This document shows positions 45,438-57,200 of a stretch of DNA of 64,000 nt, piece by piece (within the stretch, counting starts at the first letter, position 1; every line of letters starts with the position of its first letter). The stretch lies in contig OZ361258.1 in NCBI GenBank assembly GCA_977018835.1, positions 3,224,001 to 3,288,000 of the forward strand. Direction: 5' to 3'. The notes under the pieces are model-generated. The model worked only from the letters and a program-made list of their open reading frames with translations, was not told where the DNA came from and did no database searches. The stretch is from Minutocellus sp. GHC0000111 (lineage: Eukaryota). The position numbers and the translations under genes are program-made.

Positions 45438-48400
45438 CTAGATGCTGCCCTCGTGGCTGTCCACACGGAGGAGACCCGCGTTCTTGCCACCCTTGGGCGA
45501 GAGCATGCCCTTGCCACCCTTCTTCGAGGACGAGGGTGAGCTACTACTACTAGAGTTCTTCTTCGAGCTCTTCTTGGAGCTGCCGAATACCTTCTTGAAG
45601 ATTCCCTTCTTCTTCTTCTTCTTGGTGGGAGTCTCGTCGGGTGCGCTAACCGGTGCCGCTGCCGGTGCTGCTGCCGCCGCTTTCGACTGCTTCTTCTTGG
45701 CGCTACCGCTCGAAGCGGCCGCAGCGGGAGCAGTTGCCTTGACAGGGCTGGGGCTGCTCTCCTTCATTCCAGCACCACCATCTGATACCGCCGGCTGACC
45801 ACTCGTTGGTGCCGGGGAGAAGTCCTGGAACGCAGCGCTCTCGTCATCGTCGGCAGCATTGGAAATGGCACTAATACCCATGTCCTCATCGTCCGGTCCT
45901 TCCGCAGGAGAATCATCGTCCGCCTCCACGGGAGAGCTTGGGCGTCTCGCCGCATTGCTGTCATCGAGCTTATTGTCACCAGCGTTGGTAGGGCTGGTAG
46001 CCGTCAGACCAGACACGGGAGAAGCAGACGGCGAAGAGGATGGCTTCTTATCAAACGACGGTGATTCATCTCCGGCACTTGGTGAACGCTGATTGGCCGC
46101 CAAGGCGGGTGAATCTCTCAAGCTCGCTGGCAGGTCAGCCATGGCGGCATCGCCCTCGGCGTTGGCCTTGATCAGGGCCTTGGTCTCGAGCAGCTCCAGC
46201 AGGACCGCCTCTCGGCCTTCGTAGGCACGCATAATGGTCGAAACGCGATCGATCTGGCCCGGTACCGAGGTCTTGCCGTACACGTAGTTGAGCAGCTCGG
46301 ATACCTGTGCAATGACCGCGGGGGAGGTACCATCGATGGAGGAGCCAGAGTACTGCGAACCAGACGAGTACGATTCGTGATCCTTGCTGCCACTGACGTC
46401 ACTGACTCCATCCTGCTGGTCCGACGGTCCGGCAGCCTTGTTCTGTGGCGACTGCGCCTGGTTTGCACCGGACGAAGGTGCGGGTGCACCCCAGGCATCT
46501 CCACCGGCGCCAGCAGCAGCAGCAGTAGTGCCAGTGAAGTTGTTGGTTCCACCGAATGTCTCGAATTGAGCCGGCGCCGCAGGAACAGCCTCGGCAGTCA
46601 CACCAGCAGCGGCGGCGTCCGCCTCGGCATTCTTCTCGTACCGGACGCTGAGCTTGGTAATGAGGTGCTCCTCCCGTCCGTCGTACTTGGCCAGCAGCTT
46701 GTCCAACAATCGGACCTTCTCGGGCTCGTTCCGTTCCAGGAGGCCCTGAACGACGTGGCGGTAGAAACGGTCCGGGTCGGATATGATGGCCTCCTGACCA
46801 CCGGGATACTCCGGTCCGTACGCCGAAATGAGGTCGGCCGACACGAACTTGGTCGGTGCCGGCGCCGGCAGGGGCTGCTGCGAGGCCGCGGCCATTTCCC
46901 TCCTCTGCTGATTCTCGATGAGGAGGGACGGCCCACCGAGACTCTCCATGACGGAAACGTCGGCACCGTGATCGAACTGATCGTCGTACTCCAGCTCGGA
47001 GATGGGAAGGTTGGAGGCAGCACCTGCGGCACCGGGAGGTGCCCCGACGTTGAGGTCGGGATCACCAACGGGGTCCGTTGTTGCGTGGTGCTGCATGAAT
47101 GGATCTTCGCCTCCTCCAAATCCTGCTCCGGCACCAGCACCCCCAAAGTTGTTGGACTCGTTGATGGGGGCAAGGCCGAGGGGGGTACTGGTCACGCCGC
47201 CACCGCCGGGGGCTGTGCCGAACGCGCCTCCGGCACCACCGGCATCACCGACGGCGCCCGAAGCCGCAGCGGCGGCGGCCAGGTTGGCGGCCCCCTCGAC
47301 GGTATCGACCGTCTCGAGGGTGGCGTCGTCCTCGTAGGGCTGTGCCGTCGGCGAGGTGGCACTGTTGGAGGCCAGCTTGGCGGCGAGCTTGGACTTGCGA
47401 CTGGACTTGGACTCACCGCCTCGCGATGGTTTGGTGTCGAGTCCCTCCTCATCCTGTTCGTCGATGGTGGGTTGGCTACCGCTGCGGTCTCGGCCTCCTC
47501 CTCCTCTACGGTCGTCGCGGTCGCGGTCACGGTAGTCACGATCGCTCTTTCTACCACTGCTGCCGCCCCGACGACCCTTGGTCTCCTTGGTCATTTCGGT
47601 GACGGATCCGGACTCGTAGGTAACAAAGGTGTCGTCGTCGTAGGTGCCGCGCGAGTCGTAGGTCCGATCGTCGTAGGTGTAGTCGTCCTCGTCGTCGGAG
47701 TAGAAGGAGTCCCCGTCGGTGTCGGACCGGTGCAGCCCACCGCGCTTGCCCTTTTTGCCATCCCCGTGGACGAGGGGGGCACAGAGGGAATCGATGAGCA
47801 TATCGAGGAAGGATTCGCCAAACTTTTCGTAGTCCTTGCGGCTGATGCTGCCGCCCCGACCACCGCCTCGTCTGCTGCTGGACTTGCCACCTCCACGGCC
47901 CTTTTTGCGGTCTCGGTTTTCCATGGTCTCCATGGTCTCCCGCGTTTCAAAGGTCCCGCCGGAACCGACGGTATCGTCATCAATGTGGTGATGGTGATTG
48001 CTATGACGATTGTCTCGGCCGTCTCTGCTGTTGCGATTTCTTCGACTGCTACTGGTACCGCTGGACTTTTTGTCGCCGGCCTCACCACCACCCGAAGCAT
48101 TGGCGGCAGCAGCGTCGGCCGAAGCCTTTTGATGGTCGTCGTCGATCCACTTGACCTTGGCGGTGTCGTTGGTATTGGCATTGCCAGCAGCCGTCCCATC
48201 CAGATCACCACCAGCAGCACCTGCCGCTCCTGCAGCTATGCCTACCCCAGCACCTCCCAACCCGACGCCCATGGCGGCCGCCAAACTTTCCTTGCGAGGC
48301 CGTCGGAAGAGGAGGCTGACGGCCTCCGGGTCGGCCTCGATGATGAAGTCCATAATCTCATCAAAGGTCAGGCGGCTCATGGTCTTGTCGTTGATGCTCA

Positions 48401-48722
48401 AAAGCTCGTCGCCGACCTGCAGCTTGCCGCTGAGGGCCGCCGCTCCGGTGCGGGGCAGGTCGCAAATGCGGACGCCGCGCTGCTGGCTGGCGTTGTGCGG
48501 GTCGGTCATCGGCTCAAAGACGATGCCCATGGGCTTGCGGAGGGTCAGACGGATCAGGCCCGTGCTGCTCGCTCCGCTGGAGTTGTTGTTGTCGGCGTTG
48601 CTGTCGCCAGCCGCAGCCGCTCCGTTATCGTCTTGCTGCTGCGACGGCGGAGGAGGAGAAGCGGCGCCGACGCCGACGCCCGCAGCGCCGCCATATCCCG
48701 CCGGACCAACGTCGCCGTTCAT
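45438..48722 (-). CDS. PDZ-domain protein with two (K/A)YxGRE repeats
   Basis: RKPMGIVFE..GAAALSGKLQVGDELLSIND is a PDZ signature; repeats LLDKLLAKYDGREEHLITKL and VSTIMRAYEGREAVLLELL; ATG 48722 preferred. Confidence 0.85.
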   Translation of the reverse strand: MNGDVGPAGYGGAAGVGVGAASPPPPSQQQDDNGAAAAGDSNADNNNSSGASSTGLIRLTLRKPMGIVFEPMTDPHNASQQRGVRICDLPRTGAAALSGKLQVGDELLSINDKTMSRLTFDEIMDFIIEADPEAVSLLFRRPRKESLAAAMGVGLGGAGVGIAAGAAGAAGGDLDGTAAGNANTNDTAKVKWIDDDHQKASADAAAANASGGGEAGDKKSSGTSSSRRNRNSRDGRDNRHSNHHHHIDDDTVGSGGTFETRETMETMENRDRKKGRGGGKSSSRRGGGRGGSISRKDYEKFGESFLDMLIDSLCAPLVHGDGKKGKRGGLHRSDTDGDSFYSDDEDDYTYDDRTYDSRGTYDDDTFVTYESGSVTEMTKETKGRRGGSSGRKSDRDYRDRDRDDRRGGGGRDRSGSQPTIDEQDEEGLDTKPSRGGESKSSRKSKLAAKLASNSATSPTAQPYEDDATLETVDTVEGAANLAAAAAASGAVGDAGGAGGAFGTAPGGGGVTSTPLGLAPINESNNFGGAGAGAGFGGGEDPFMQHHATTDPVGDPDLNVGAPPGAAGAASNLPISELEYDDQFDHGADVSVMESLGGPSLLIENQQRREMAAASQQPLPAPAPTKFVSADLISAYGPEYPGGQEAIISDPDRFYRHVVQGLLERNEPEKVRLLDKLLAKYDGREEHLITKLSVRYEKNAEADAAAAGVTAEAVPAAPAQFETFGGTNNFTGTTAAAAGAGGDAWGAPAPSSGANQAQSPQNKAAGPSDQQDGVSDVSGSKDHESYSSGSQYSGSSIDGTSPAVIAQVSELLNYVYGKTSVPGQIDRVSTIMRAYEGREAVLLELLETKALIKANAEGDAAMADLPASLRDSPALAANQRSPSAGDESPSFDKKPSSSPSASPVSGLTATSPTNAGDNKLDDSNAARRPSSPVEADDDSPAEGPDDEDMGISAISNAADDDESAAFQDFSPAPTSGQPAVSDGGAGMKESSPSPVKATAPAAAASSGSAKKKQSKAAAAAPAAAPVSAPDETPTKKKKKKGIFKKVFGSSKKSSKKNSSSSSSPSSSKKGGKGMLSPKGGKNAGLLRVDSHEGSI

Positions 48723-49772
48723 CCTGACTGATTTGTCTATTGATATGCTTTGAATAAGCGCGATTTGATCGTCAAGTAGGAGCCTGTAACGCAATGCAAT
48801 GCTGAGAGAGGCCTAACTTTGCTTTGTGCGCGGCGACGGCGGTTCAAATTATTATTGTTCACCGTCCGACCGACCGAGAAAGCTGGACCTATTGTGTGCT
48901 CACCAACAAGATACGACAGGAACAAGAGATGCTCCGCACCGAATATTTATCACCAAGTACACGTAAGTGCTGAGTCAATCAGCCAACCTGAAGGACGCCA
49001 AGCTTTCACTTCACTTCACTTCAATTTCAGCAAGCCAGCGTGGAGCACCGTGATGGTTCGTCCGCCGCCGGCCGGATTCAAAAAGTGTTCGGCGTCGGTT
49101 CGGCGTCCCAGTCGAATGTCGCCTCCGTTCAGATCAAAAGAATGATAACAATCCTCTCAACCCAAAGTATCAGCGCTCGTGTTGGAGCGTCGGCAGTATC
49201 GCTGGACAACCTCCAAAAGGTTATTGTGGCATATGATGTGCCGGCTTTGCTTTGCCCACGTGTACATGTATCCAAGGCAAGGCGGCAGGTCCAATTTTTT
49301 GAACGGCAACAGGCCCGAGCAATGACGACGGGGAGGCCATGCATCCTCGCGATTTGCGACTTTCTTTGGGTTCCGGGTTTTCTTGTCAAAATTACGCAGA
49401 GGGTTATTCATCGGGGGGTTTCCCCAAAACAACGAAAAACAAAGTGGAGCATCTTCGGCGACGATCGATTGAATGCTTGGCTGGGGGCAATGCAATGCAA
49501 TGCATTGAATGAATGCAATGGATTCCGTTGGAGGCACATCATTGGTGCCGGGCGGTTGCACAACAACACAATATATCAATAACGGAATACTCTGTAGGTA
49601 TCTGGCAGATCCATATCAGGTAATACTAGTAGCGGCAAATCACACTCTCAACGATTGAATAGAATTTCCGCCAGTCCAACAGCACGTAAAGAGGTGGACC
49701 AGAGAAGGAAACCGAAATGAATAATCAGCACATGGCCAATTCGTCTACAGCGAAAAGGCAAAGACTTTTGTT

Positions 49773-50237
49773 TTGCAAGATATGAATCTGATCATGATGC
49801 TCAAAAAGGACGGAAAGACGGGTGACACGTGCAAGTTCCAGAGTGCTCCGAGCGCGGGCATGGTCCGATCTCCTGAAGGATATTGGGAGAAGAATCACTC
49901 AGAGTATGTGGATAGTTGGGCCCTCGGAAACGTCATCCACTACGTAATGAGGGGTGATTACGCCTTCTGTGACGAAGACATTTCTGAATTCAAGATCAAA
50001 CTGCTTGTCAAAAAAGGAGACGAACCTCCGAGCTTTCAAAAGATTGAAGAGGATGGAGACGAAATTGAGAAATCGATTCTCGAGATCATTAAGAAGACTC
50101 GGAGTGTGGATCCATTCAAGCGACCAACCGCCTGGGAGGTAAGAGAGTATCTTGAGGAGCAACTAATGCAATTTACAGGAAGTACAGATGCGTTTGTCGA
50201 TATGGCGGAAGTCAACGAACGGCCTTCCAAGCACTAA
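49773..50237 (+). pseudogene. Protein kinase C-lobe fragment
   Basis: RSPEGY (APE region), DSWALGNVI (subdomain IX), DPFKRPTA (XI); no N-lobe, HRD or DFG motif seen upstream. Confidence 0.6.
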
Positions 50238-50350
50238 AGTATAGAACAACGAAATTTGCTGACCTGTTGAGCTCTACTGTAGAGTAGCAGCTACTTAGGA
50301 GGATATACCGGTATTTATCGGGCATAAATTAAGTGAAATAAATGCGCAAG

Positions 50351-53300
50351 CTACTTTATGTTTGCTGCGAATGGATTGTTCGTCTGCTGTGACCAGAAAT
50401 TGCCGCCTGTGGCGTTCTTTTCGTCGTCGTGCTCTGAACTTACATTCAATATATCTTCAACTGAGCCAAATATTCCACCAGCTGGGCCCAATAGGGATGA
50501 AACAAGGTCCCCTCCATTGTTGCCAACGCCAGCACCGCTAAGCATATTATTGACCCCAAAACCACCGGACGCACGGCCGAGTAAAGAAGATTGTGGTGGT
50601 GGGAACAACAAATTGTCGCTGCTAATGGAATTCATATTCTGATTGATCGATGGCGTCGGTACAAATGGATTCGCTGTGTTAAGACTGGGTGGCCCTCCTT
50701 GGAAGGATAATCCAGTAGAAGGCAAGCCGCCGCCGCTACCGGCCGGTGCATGTGCGAATAAATTCGGTTGCATCATTCCCGGTGGAGGGGCATTTCCCGG
50801 TAGACTAGCCCCAGAAGCAAAGCCAGGCGGTGCAGGTCCGGAGCTTGTAAATTGTTGCTGATTCATGCCCTCCAATACCACCCCATCCATTCCCCGTCGT
50901 GCTTGTGGCTGTGGCTGTGGCTGCTGATAAGAAATTCCGGACATCAACGAGGGCTGAGATGTCACGCTCGACGCAGGATTCAATGTCGACGCTGCGTCCA
51001 TCGCACTTGGTTGTGGCTTACGAAGTGCATCAGTGGCTGCTGAAGCTGCTGCCCCGCCGGCATTGCCATCGCCAGCGCCAGCACCAGCACCAAACATCGT
51101 TGGAACCAGTAGAGCCGGTCCGCTGTCCGTTCCCTTTTTGTATTGGAGTAAATTTGCGCTCCCTTCACTCTGCCCAACACCCCCGGCAAGAGAAGGAGAA
51201 GCACAGGTTGTTTCACTGGCTTCAATATCTGCGGTGCCTGCCTCAGCAGGAGCATCGCCCATATCATCATTGTCGTCATTGTCAGATCCAAGGCCGGCCA
51301 TATTGCCATCGCCATCATCCTCGTCGATATTATTCAGAGCACTGCTGTCCAAAATCGATGTCAATTTCCCTCTCTCCTCGAACAGATACTGACCCTCTTC
51401 CATCTTCGGGGCTCCCCGCTCGGGGTCAATGCAGTGTCGCTTGAGAAACAAGAGGAAGTGAAGGACTCTGGCATGGGCCTCGGCAGAGCTCATATAGCTC
51501 TCTTTTGATTTCTGGCCAGAGGCGGATCCTTGAGACTGAGTTTGGGACTGACTTTGGCTCAGATCCAAGACAGTGACGGCCCTTTCAGCGGATAAATAAG
51601 CATCTTTGCCAGAACCTAACCCAGCATCGCTTGACTCGTACGAAGCAAACACCCCGACAAACGGTGCAAAGCCTCTGAAATCACCGTACTCCTTCGGAAG
51701 CGGGAACGCTCGGAGGGCGCCATCGTCCATACCGCTAGCGCTGGTGGTGTTGACCAGCGTGGTAAACGCCTCCATACTCCGAACGGTGTTGGCAACGGCC
51801 GCAACCTGCGTCCAAAAGTCGTACTGGGCCTTGGAAAATGCCGCGGCAACGCCCTCATCACATCCCTTTGAGGAACTGTACTTGCCTTGGCGAATCCCAA
51901 GCGGCAGCGCCATTAGCTCGGCTCCGGCTGCCTGGCCACTGCCGCTGTCGCTGTCACCGTAGAATTGCGATATCAAGTCGCAAAGAACGACGAACGGGGA
52001 AAGGAGCCGGACGCTGAGCTGCTGCTGTTGCTGCCGAGAATCGGTGCAATCCTTCTTTTTCTTCTTCTTGATCTTGGACAGATTCCAGTCCAACTGACGG
52101 CCGATGGTGGCACCAAAGGAGAGGAGAAGTGTTGCCGATAGCAATTCGGCAGCATTGGTCTCACCCCCCGACGTAGCATCAGCGGTAGCGCTGCTGGCCT
52201 TGAAGTAGGAATAGGCGTTGATACAGACAAGCTTGCAGAGCAATGCGTCGCTAAAGGCTGCGATGGTTAGCAGAGACGACAGGGACGCCTCGAGGGTGGA
52301 TATCCTTTGGAGCAATGTGGACGGATCGAACGATCCCAGGTCCATTTTCTGGGCTCCGCCCTCCTGCTGCCCTTGGTCTTTGCGGCTGTTGGACACCATT
52401 GGTGTGAGTGATATCGGCACATCGTAAGCCGCCTGGGCTGCCGCTGCTTCCTCAATGGCCTTGGTCAAATTTCTGATATCATAGTGCACGTCGACAAATT
52501 GCGACAGAAATTTCCGCGACATTGCCGACTTGGCCGCCCTATTGGCCTCGAGCTGGGCCTTGCGATTGCGATTGTTGCTCGATCTGGATCCCCTCGACAT
52601 GTGCGATGTCGATGCCGCTTCGGTCATTTCGCTGGCATCGTCGTTGCCAGCACCACCACCGGCACCGGCACCGGCACCACCGCCACTGATGGTATCGACA
52701 ATGCCCCCGTCCGTGCCGGCGGCAATGTTTTCGGCGACCCACTTTTGGTTCATCACAAATAACCGTTCCATGTTGCTCTCGCTGGTTTCAAAGGCCTCGT
52801 CGGCCAAGAGGCTGCGGCAGTACCAGTACAAGGCGACGGCCGTGAGGGGATGCGCCTGGAGGTTCTGTTCCGACACCTGCGCCACGACGGCCAATTGGTT
52901 GTATGGATTGCCCCTTCCCGGTGCCAACCGCGAGGCCTTGGTGTAGCATTCGGTGGCCTCTTCGTGTTCCATGGCATACCTTTGCAAATCCCCCAAGAAC
53001 AGTAACAATTTGTAAAGGATGGGGACCAAAGCGGCAGGCACCTTGTTTTCGTCGTCATTGTCATTGTCGTTGTAATTGTCGTCCTCGTCACTGCTGCCAT
53101 CACTTTGCCCCTCATTCTTCTTGTTCTTGGTTTTATTCTTGCTTTGTTGTTCCTTCCTGGCAATGGCAAATACATCGTCCTTGTTGGGATCAAACAGACC
53201 CCGCCCAGATTTGCTATTCGAAAGAATGACGGGAGTACTTCCGGAAGTACCGGAAGACATGGATGACTTTTTGCCTTTGCCTTTGTGGTTACCGTCGTCG

Positions 53301-53788
53301 TCCTCCTCGTCGTCGTCATCCCCATCAACGGCATTGAGCAATTTCTGCTCGTACTGACTAATGAGGTAGTTGTACAACGCCATGGCCTCCCCCAAGAACT
53401 TCTTGAGGGACCGCTCCACGTCCTCGACGGCCTGCCGGTGTCTTCCGGCGGCGTCCCTGTCGGACCGTTTGATGCTCTTCTTCATCCTGCCGCGTTCCTT
53501 GGTGGCCCGACTCCGCAGCTCGTTGATGCGATTGTAAAAGCACGCCTTCCACAGACGGGACGGCACGTCCCGCCGGAGGGCAAAGTCCGGATCGCACAGC
53601 AGCACCTCGCAATAATGTTCGCACAGTTTGGTCCTCAGCTTGGACGCCTTGGCTTCGAGGTCGGCGCTGCTGCTGCTGCTTGAGCTGCTCTTGCCGTCCT
53701 TGCGCTTGCTCAGGGCGGTCAGCTTTTCTTCAATTTCTGCGCACTGCGACAGCGTCGACCGCAGCCGATCCAGCAGTGCGGACGACAT
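50351..53788 (-). CDS. SMG7/EST1-like nonsense-mediated decay factor (14-3-3-like TPR domain, no PIN domain seen)
   Basis: RLWKACFY, LLFLGDLQRY, APGRGNPYNQLAV and ALYWYCRSL are EST1/SMG5-7 motifs; low-complexity Pro/Gly/Asn tail. Confidence 0.85.
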   Translation of the reverse strand: MSSALLDRLRSTLSQCAEIEEKLTALSKRKDGKSSSSSSSSADLEAKASKLRTKLCEHYCEVLLCDPDFALRRDVPSRLWKACFYNRINELRSRATKERGRMKKSIKRSDRDAAGRHRQAVEDVERSLKKFLGEAMALYNYLISQYEQKLLNAVDGDDDDEEDDDGNHKGKGKKSSMSSGTSGSTPVILSNSKSGRGLFDPNKDDVFAIARKEQQSKNKTKNKKNEGQSDGSSDEDDNYNDNDNDDENKVPAALVPILYKLLLFLGDLQRYAMEHEEATECYTKASRLAPGRGNPYNQLAVVAQVSEQNLQAHPLTAVALYWYCRSLLADEAFETSESNMERLFVMNQKWVAENIAAGTDGGIVDTISGGGAGAGAGGGAGNDDASEMTEAASTSHMSRGSRSSNNRNRKAQLEANRAAKSAMSRKFLSQFVDVHYDIRNLTKAIEEAAAAQAAYDVPISLTPMVSNSRKDQGQQEGGAQKMDLGSFDPSTLLQRISTLEASLSSLLTIAAFSDALLCKLVCINAYSYFKASSATADATSGGETNAAELLSATLLLSFGATIGRQLDWNLSKIKKKKKKDCTDSRQQQQQLSVRLLSPFVVLCDLISQFYGDSDSGSGQAAGAELMALPLGIRQGKYSSSKGCDEGVAAAFSKAQYDFWTQVAAVANTVRSMEAFTTLVNTTSASGMDDGALRAFPLPKEYGDFRGFAPFVGVFASYESSDAGLGSGKDAYLSAERAVTVLDLSQSQSQTQSQGSASGQKSKESYMSSAEAHARVLHFLLFLKRHCIDPERGAPKMEEGQYLFEERGKLTSILDSSALNNIDEDDGDGNMAGLGSDNDDNDDMGDAPAEAGTADIEASETTCASPSLAGGVGQSEGSANLLQYKKGTDSGPALLVPTMFGAGAGAGDGNAGGAAASAATDALRKPQPSAMDAASTLNPASSVTSQPSLMSGISYQQPQPQPQARRGMDGVVLEGMNQQQFTSSGPAPPGFASGASLPGNAPPPGMMQPNLFAHAPAGSGGGLPSTGLSFQGGPPSLNTANPFVPTPSINQNMNSISSDNLLFPPPQSSLLGRASGGFGVNNMLSGAGVGNNGGDLVSSLLGPAGGIFGSVEDILNVSSEHDDEKNATGGNFWSQQTNNPFAANIK

Positions 53789-54231
53789 TGTCGTATCGTA
53801 TCTGCCCAAGGGTTTGATAGAGGAAGCCAATGTCGTCGTTTTTTTCCTTTCTTTCCGCTCTTCAGCACGTGCTGAAATTTATGGATGTGCTCGATTAATT
53901 TGATTTGCAATTACGGAATCAATCAATTTCAGCCCAGAGATGGAAAGAAGAAGCGAGAGCGCCGGAACAAGTCAAACGGCTGGCCCTCGCTGCCTCCTGG
54001 CTGCAAGAAGTCAAGTTGGCGAGCGTTGGGTAGTACGGTGGGCCCGATGGAGTTTGCATTTGTTTCGGTTTTGGGCGTTGCATTTGGTTGGTTTTCTGGC
54101 CCGGTTACGAATCTACGTCACTTGGATCGGAATCTTTTTTTTAATTTAAAAGGCACTAAACTCTCAAATGTTAGTGCTTCTCTCTCAAAAACGAACGAGC
54201 GCGCGCCGAACACAAACCCAACGCCAGCAAG

Positions 54232-57200
54232 ATGATGATGGACGCCACCGCGGAAGGTCAAGCGGAGCCGCCGCCGTCGACGTCCTCAGCTGGGTCTGCC
54301 GTGAATCCTGCTAACGAAGAGAGCAGCATAAAGTCGGGCGAAGAAAATCCGTCGAATCCCATCGCTGCCGCCACTGACGACTCATCAAAGATTTCAACAG
54401 CAAAAGCAGCAGCAATGGCGGGTGCGCTTTTACCGGTGGTAAATGAAGCGACCACGAATAACAACAACAACAACAACTACATGCACATAATACCACAGGC
54501 ACTGCTCGAAATAACCCCAGAGCAACGCAAGCTGCTCGTCCTGGCGGCACTGGGCATCGTGCTGGTATTTCCCGGCGCGATCCAATATCTGTCGTCGCTC
54601 CTGCTGCGCATCGGCGGCACCGCCGTCGGGATTGGCCTTGGACTTAGCCTGGCGGCGCACATTCACGATGCGCTCGATACCATGGCCGACCGGCATTGGA
54701 GGGAGGTTCAGAGACGACAAGGGCAGCAGACGACGGCGGCGGCGGCGAATGGTGCTGCTGCTGCAACCGCTGCAGGGGCGATACTAAAATTGGATAACCA
54801 GACGAAAGCTCCTGCTGGATCGGCTTCCTCGCGGGCTGTCGGCGCTACTAATAGCAGTCGACGCGCCGATCTGCTCGATGAGAATTCCTATCACGCTCTG
54901 ATGGCATCGGCAGGTTACGATCTACCGGATGGGCTGTTGAGAGGACAGATACTCCGAACGACTTGGCCGTCTACTATAGCTGCTCCTGCTGCTGCTGCTG
55001 CTGTGAATGTGGCAAATGCAAATGTGACAAATAATGCAGAAATTGCAAGTGCTGGGGCTGGCACTGTAGGTGGTGAACAACAAAAGAGACCCATTACAGC
55101 CGCGACGATATTGGAAAACATCGTAACGGACGGACCCAACAAGGGCAGAACTCCCAATCCGCTGTATCCGGCCTCGGTTCCCGATGCCTTTTCCAACTTT
55201 ACCTCCATACCAACGCCGCGAGGTCCCAGCACGCTCAAACGGATGTATCCCAGCCTGCCCACCAACATATGCCACGAATTGGGGACCTTTATGGACCTCA
55301 TCATGCGGGACTTCATCCACTGCTGGTTCTGCACCATCGATCCGGCCGTGCTGTACGAAGATGAGAAGGAACGGAGACAACGAGTCCAGGCCGAGCGGGA
55401 ACGGCAGGCCAAGAAAGCCAAGATGATGGAAGTCATCGAGGAGGGACGCAAGGCCATGGCGGCGGCTGGGGCTGGCGCGGATGCGGCAATGGCAGATGCA
55501 GCGACGGCAGATGCGGTTGTTGGCAATGCTGTTGGCGTCAGCGATGATGCTCGTCATAGCGAGGAGGAGCCCATGGCGAAAGAACAGCGGGCAAACGCAG
55601 CACCATCGAACAAACATTCTCTCATGGTGCTATCGACGGCTCCATTGCGTCCGTCGCCTTTCCCTGAGGCATTGTATGCAACGATGGCGACTCTTTTTGG
55701 TTCCCTTGCGGTGAATGCTAGGGACAATGTCAATATCATGGAGCTTGTCCTTGTCAAAATTGTTCGAGTTTTGAGTCTCAACATCAAGACATATCGTGAA
55801 TTGCGCAAATTTGCCGTCAACAAGCATAGGAGGAGGCTGGCTTCAGCTCGCGGACGGGTGAAAAAGGTTCAACAGTCATCGTCCTCGGCGGCGAAAGATG
55901 TCGGCGTTGGCGTTGGTGCTGCCGAGCTGAGGAGTGCAACGAGTCGTGATCGTCTTGATACTACAGCAAGAAGCGCGGACGCTGGCATTGATGCGGGGTT
56001 GCAGAGAAAGTCATCGCGGGGATCTTTGACATCGCCTCCTGGAAGTGCAAGTGGAAGTGGAAGTGAAAATGGCACCTTTGAAGATGGACTGTCGCCGAGA
56101 GAGAGAGGCCGAAGCTTTGGAGCTTCCTCGACATCTGGTGACAACGCTGCTCTACCTTCCGAGTCAGAAATAACAGAGATTGCCATGATTCGAGAATATT
56201 TACTGGCCGGGAAGCTTCATCGGGCCATCACATTTGGCATGGATGTGCCCTCTGTGCTCTTTGCTGACCCGCATGGCCGAGGTTGCCCTCCTCCGTCCAT
56301 GGAAGATGACGACAGCGACGACGTGGGGCTGCGAAAAGATGACAGCGCTACCGCCACGGGCGGCATTCTGGAGGACGACGACGTGCTCTATGCAAGATTA
56401 TTTTCGCCCAACTCGCAACTTATGGTCGAATCGAAGCTCGATTATTGCAGGATTCTTTCTCACAGACTCATCAAGGAAACTACAACAAAGGTTGATTTCG
56501 ACAGCCCAACGCTACGTTCCATGGCGGTGGAAATGGTTGCCAGCTGCGTCCTTGCACCCATCATGTCATGTTTCTCGCCCGATATGATCAATTACGGATT
56601 GATCAAGGTCCTTGAGCCATACGCGCAAGCTACGAGCAGCCATGCTGGCACTGGCGATGAATCAGAGGAAACCAAGCTGACGACAATGGACAGTGACATG
56701 GATCTCATGAGAGGTTGGGATCAAAGCAGCAGCGGTGCCGAATTGGTTCCAATGGAGGAATCAGAACTGACGCAGCACGTTCAGGCAGAATTTGGAGAGT
56801 TAGAAGAAGCGGACGAATTATCATTGGTCGAGACGCTCGATGACATCGACGCCGGCAATATCTCAGGTGACATCGACACCAATGAACTGACGAGAGATAA
56901 GAGCTGCCAAAACATTTTGACGCTACTGACAATGTCATTGATTGCGTTGCAAGAACATTTGAATTTTGAAGAGATTTAAACTATCTCGAGAGTCCAATAC
57001 TGAAGTGACTGTGAACTGGGATGCACCAAATTGTCGAGCGGCTGTTCGGCGGTTGGTATTAGTCGTCGAAGCCGCTCTCCTACATGGATTGCGAACACAG
57101 CGTGAGAGGAAACAGTCTAGACGGTTAGAGGGAGGCTGCGATGCTGATGAGAGCTTTTCTGAGGACAATGAGTTCAGCCAAAACAATGTTGTAGGGGAAG

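Noticed and set aside
46377..48731. Long antisense ORFs (also 17509-19155, 21517-22803, 43374-44543 and others)
   Set aside because: Shadow frames opposite well-supported GC-rich genes; no independent motifs.
15931..53788. Functional cluster of nuclear regulators (p300, CK2-beta, Rtf1, SMG7-like)
   Set aside because: Genes are interspersed with unrelated functions; no evidence beyond chance in a gene-dense genome.
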